Shown here in pieces: positions 62,830 to 64,000 of a DNA stretch of 64,000 nt (positions are counted from its first letter, which is position 1; every line of letters starts with the position of its first letter). The position numbers and the translations under genes are program-made. Below the pieces are notes generated by a model, which was not told where the DNA came from, made no database searches, and saw only the letters and a program-made list of their open reading frames with translations. The stretch spans positions 25,048,001-25,112,000 of the forward strand of contig NC_091997.1 in NCBI RefSeq assembly GCF_044704955.1. Direction: 5' to 3'. This DNA is from Pristiophorus japonicus (Eukaryota).

Positions 62830-63510
62830 ATGTTAGAAGAACAAAATACTGGATGTCAAACAGGAAGAGAAAAGTGGAAATGATTGGGGAAGATGGTTGG
62901 TTTCCAAGACATTCAAAGAGAAGGGTTTTGAGGTAGTTGTTAATAAGTGAGTGAAATGACAAGAGACAGGGAACTGGGCAAGGTGTTGTAGAGGGTATGA
63001 GTTTAGTGGCTGAATGAGAGCTAACCAATGATGGAGGAAAAGATGAGCAGAAGTTCAGTGATAGAGTAGCAAAGGTTGTGTACAATAACAGAAGTTAGGA
63101 AGAGGTCACTAAGGTAGGATGCAAAAGTAAGGACAAAAATGTTGAAATCAATCTGCTGGGACAATGGGAGCCAGCAGAGTTTGGAAAGTATAATGTGCTG
63201 CAGTGCTTTGAATGAGTTGAAGCTTGTGGAAGGTGCAGGCAAGAAAGACGACGAGGAGTGTATGAGAAAAGTTGTGCCTCACATCGCTGAAGCAGTATTG
63301 CACAAGTGGAAGAAAGCAGTATTCCTAACAGAGCAGATGTGGGTCAAGAAGCTGGAAATTATGTTAGGCAGTTCATAAAGGTTCCGTAATTCCTGCCTCA
63401 ATCTGAAGTGGCAGCCAGGGACATTTATGGAGTTCATGCTGCTTCTGGGAGCAAAAAAGGATACCTTTGGTTTGCTGACATTAAGCTGGAGCTGAGGAAC
63501 AGTTGCAAGA
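62830..63510 (-). mobile_element. Old L2-like fragment
   Basis: LCWLPLSQQIDFNIFVL-type decayed ORF. Confidence 0.55.
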
Positions 63511-63532
63511 GTGTAGAAACAACCTTTGTTTC

Positions 63533-64000
63533 TGTTCTGTCTTGAATAAAGAGTCAAGACTAGATACTGCAAGCTCAAAGCAAGGTGTGACCGTAGTCCT
63601 TTATTACAGATCTCAGAGTGCCTCTTCAGCCTCCTTATATACAGGTGCTCCCAAGGGATTGTGGGATCCCTTGGGACTCCAGGGGATAAGCCCTCTGGTG
63701 GTTAGACATGATATTTACAAGTTTATATACATAACAACACTCCCCCCCCCCCCCCCAAAGTCAATAGTGTAACTATTTACAATGCGAGTCGATCTGGAGC
63801 CTTCCCTGGTTGATCGTCTCGGTGCAAATGCTGGTTTTGGTGAGTCGTTTGTTGGGCCCTCGCTGAGCTGCTACGCAGCTGGCCTTGCTGGGCTGCTGGG
63901 GGTGGTGAGTCCTGCTGGGCTGCTGCGGGTGATGGGTTTTGCTTTGTGGTCAACCACTGGGTCGGTTGCCACTTGTGTGTGTGTTGGAGGGTTGAAAAAG
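63533..64000 (-). mobile_element. Gypsy/Ty3-type LTR retrotransposon 3' end: pol tail, PPT and 204-bp 3' LTR (63533-63736)
   Basis: Minus strand reads RRSTRE / KAPDRLAL* (frameshifted, with an upstream in-frame TAG), a G-run PPT at about 63742-63756, then an LTR TGTTATGT...ACAGAACA containing TATATAA and AATAAA. Confidence 0.85.

Overview
This is eukaryotic (vertebrate) genomic DNA. The repeat content (Deu-domain tRNA SINEs, CR1/L2/RTE LINEs, Penelope elements) suggests a shark or other cartilaginous fish. I assembled three spliced genes by hand. (1) DBF4B/Drf1 on the minus strand: 11 coding exons, 22255->1149, about 889 aa, plus a probable first exon near 29090-29200. (2) CCDC43 on the plus strand: 5 exons, 29410->41079, 217 aa, head-to-head with DBF4B across a CpG-rich promoter. 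(3) The last two coding exons of MEIOC on the minus strand (54472->51904). This matches the DBF4B-CCDC43-MEIOC block of human 17q21.31. Most of the remaining ORF-track entries are transposon fragments or noise. Highlights: three minor-spliceosome (U12) introns in the divergent gene pair (one AT-AC, two GT-AG); a CHR/E2F/NF-Y/Sp1/YY1 bidirectional promoter; an exon-1 ATG in DBF4B that is a uORF when exon 2 is included but in frame when exon 2 is skipped, with exon 2 bracketed by inverted RTE copies; and decayed minimal hammerhead ribozymes at both ends of an inverted Penelope pair. I see no clearly new biological system, and the regulatory ideas are testable hypotheses. Repeat boundaries are approximate unless a TSD or TIR is quoted.
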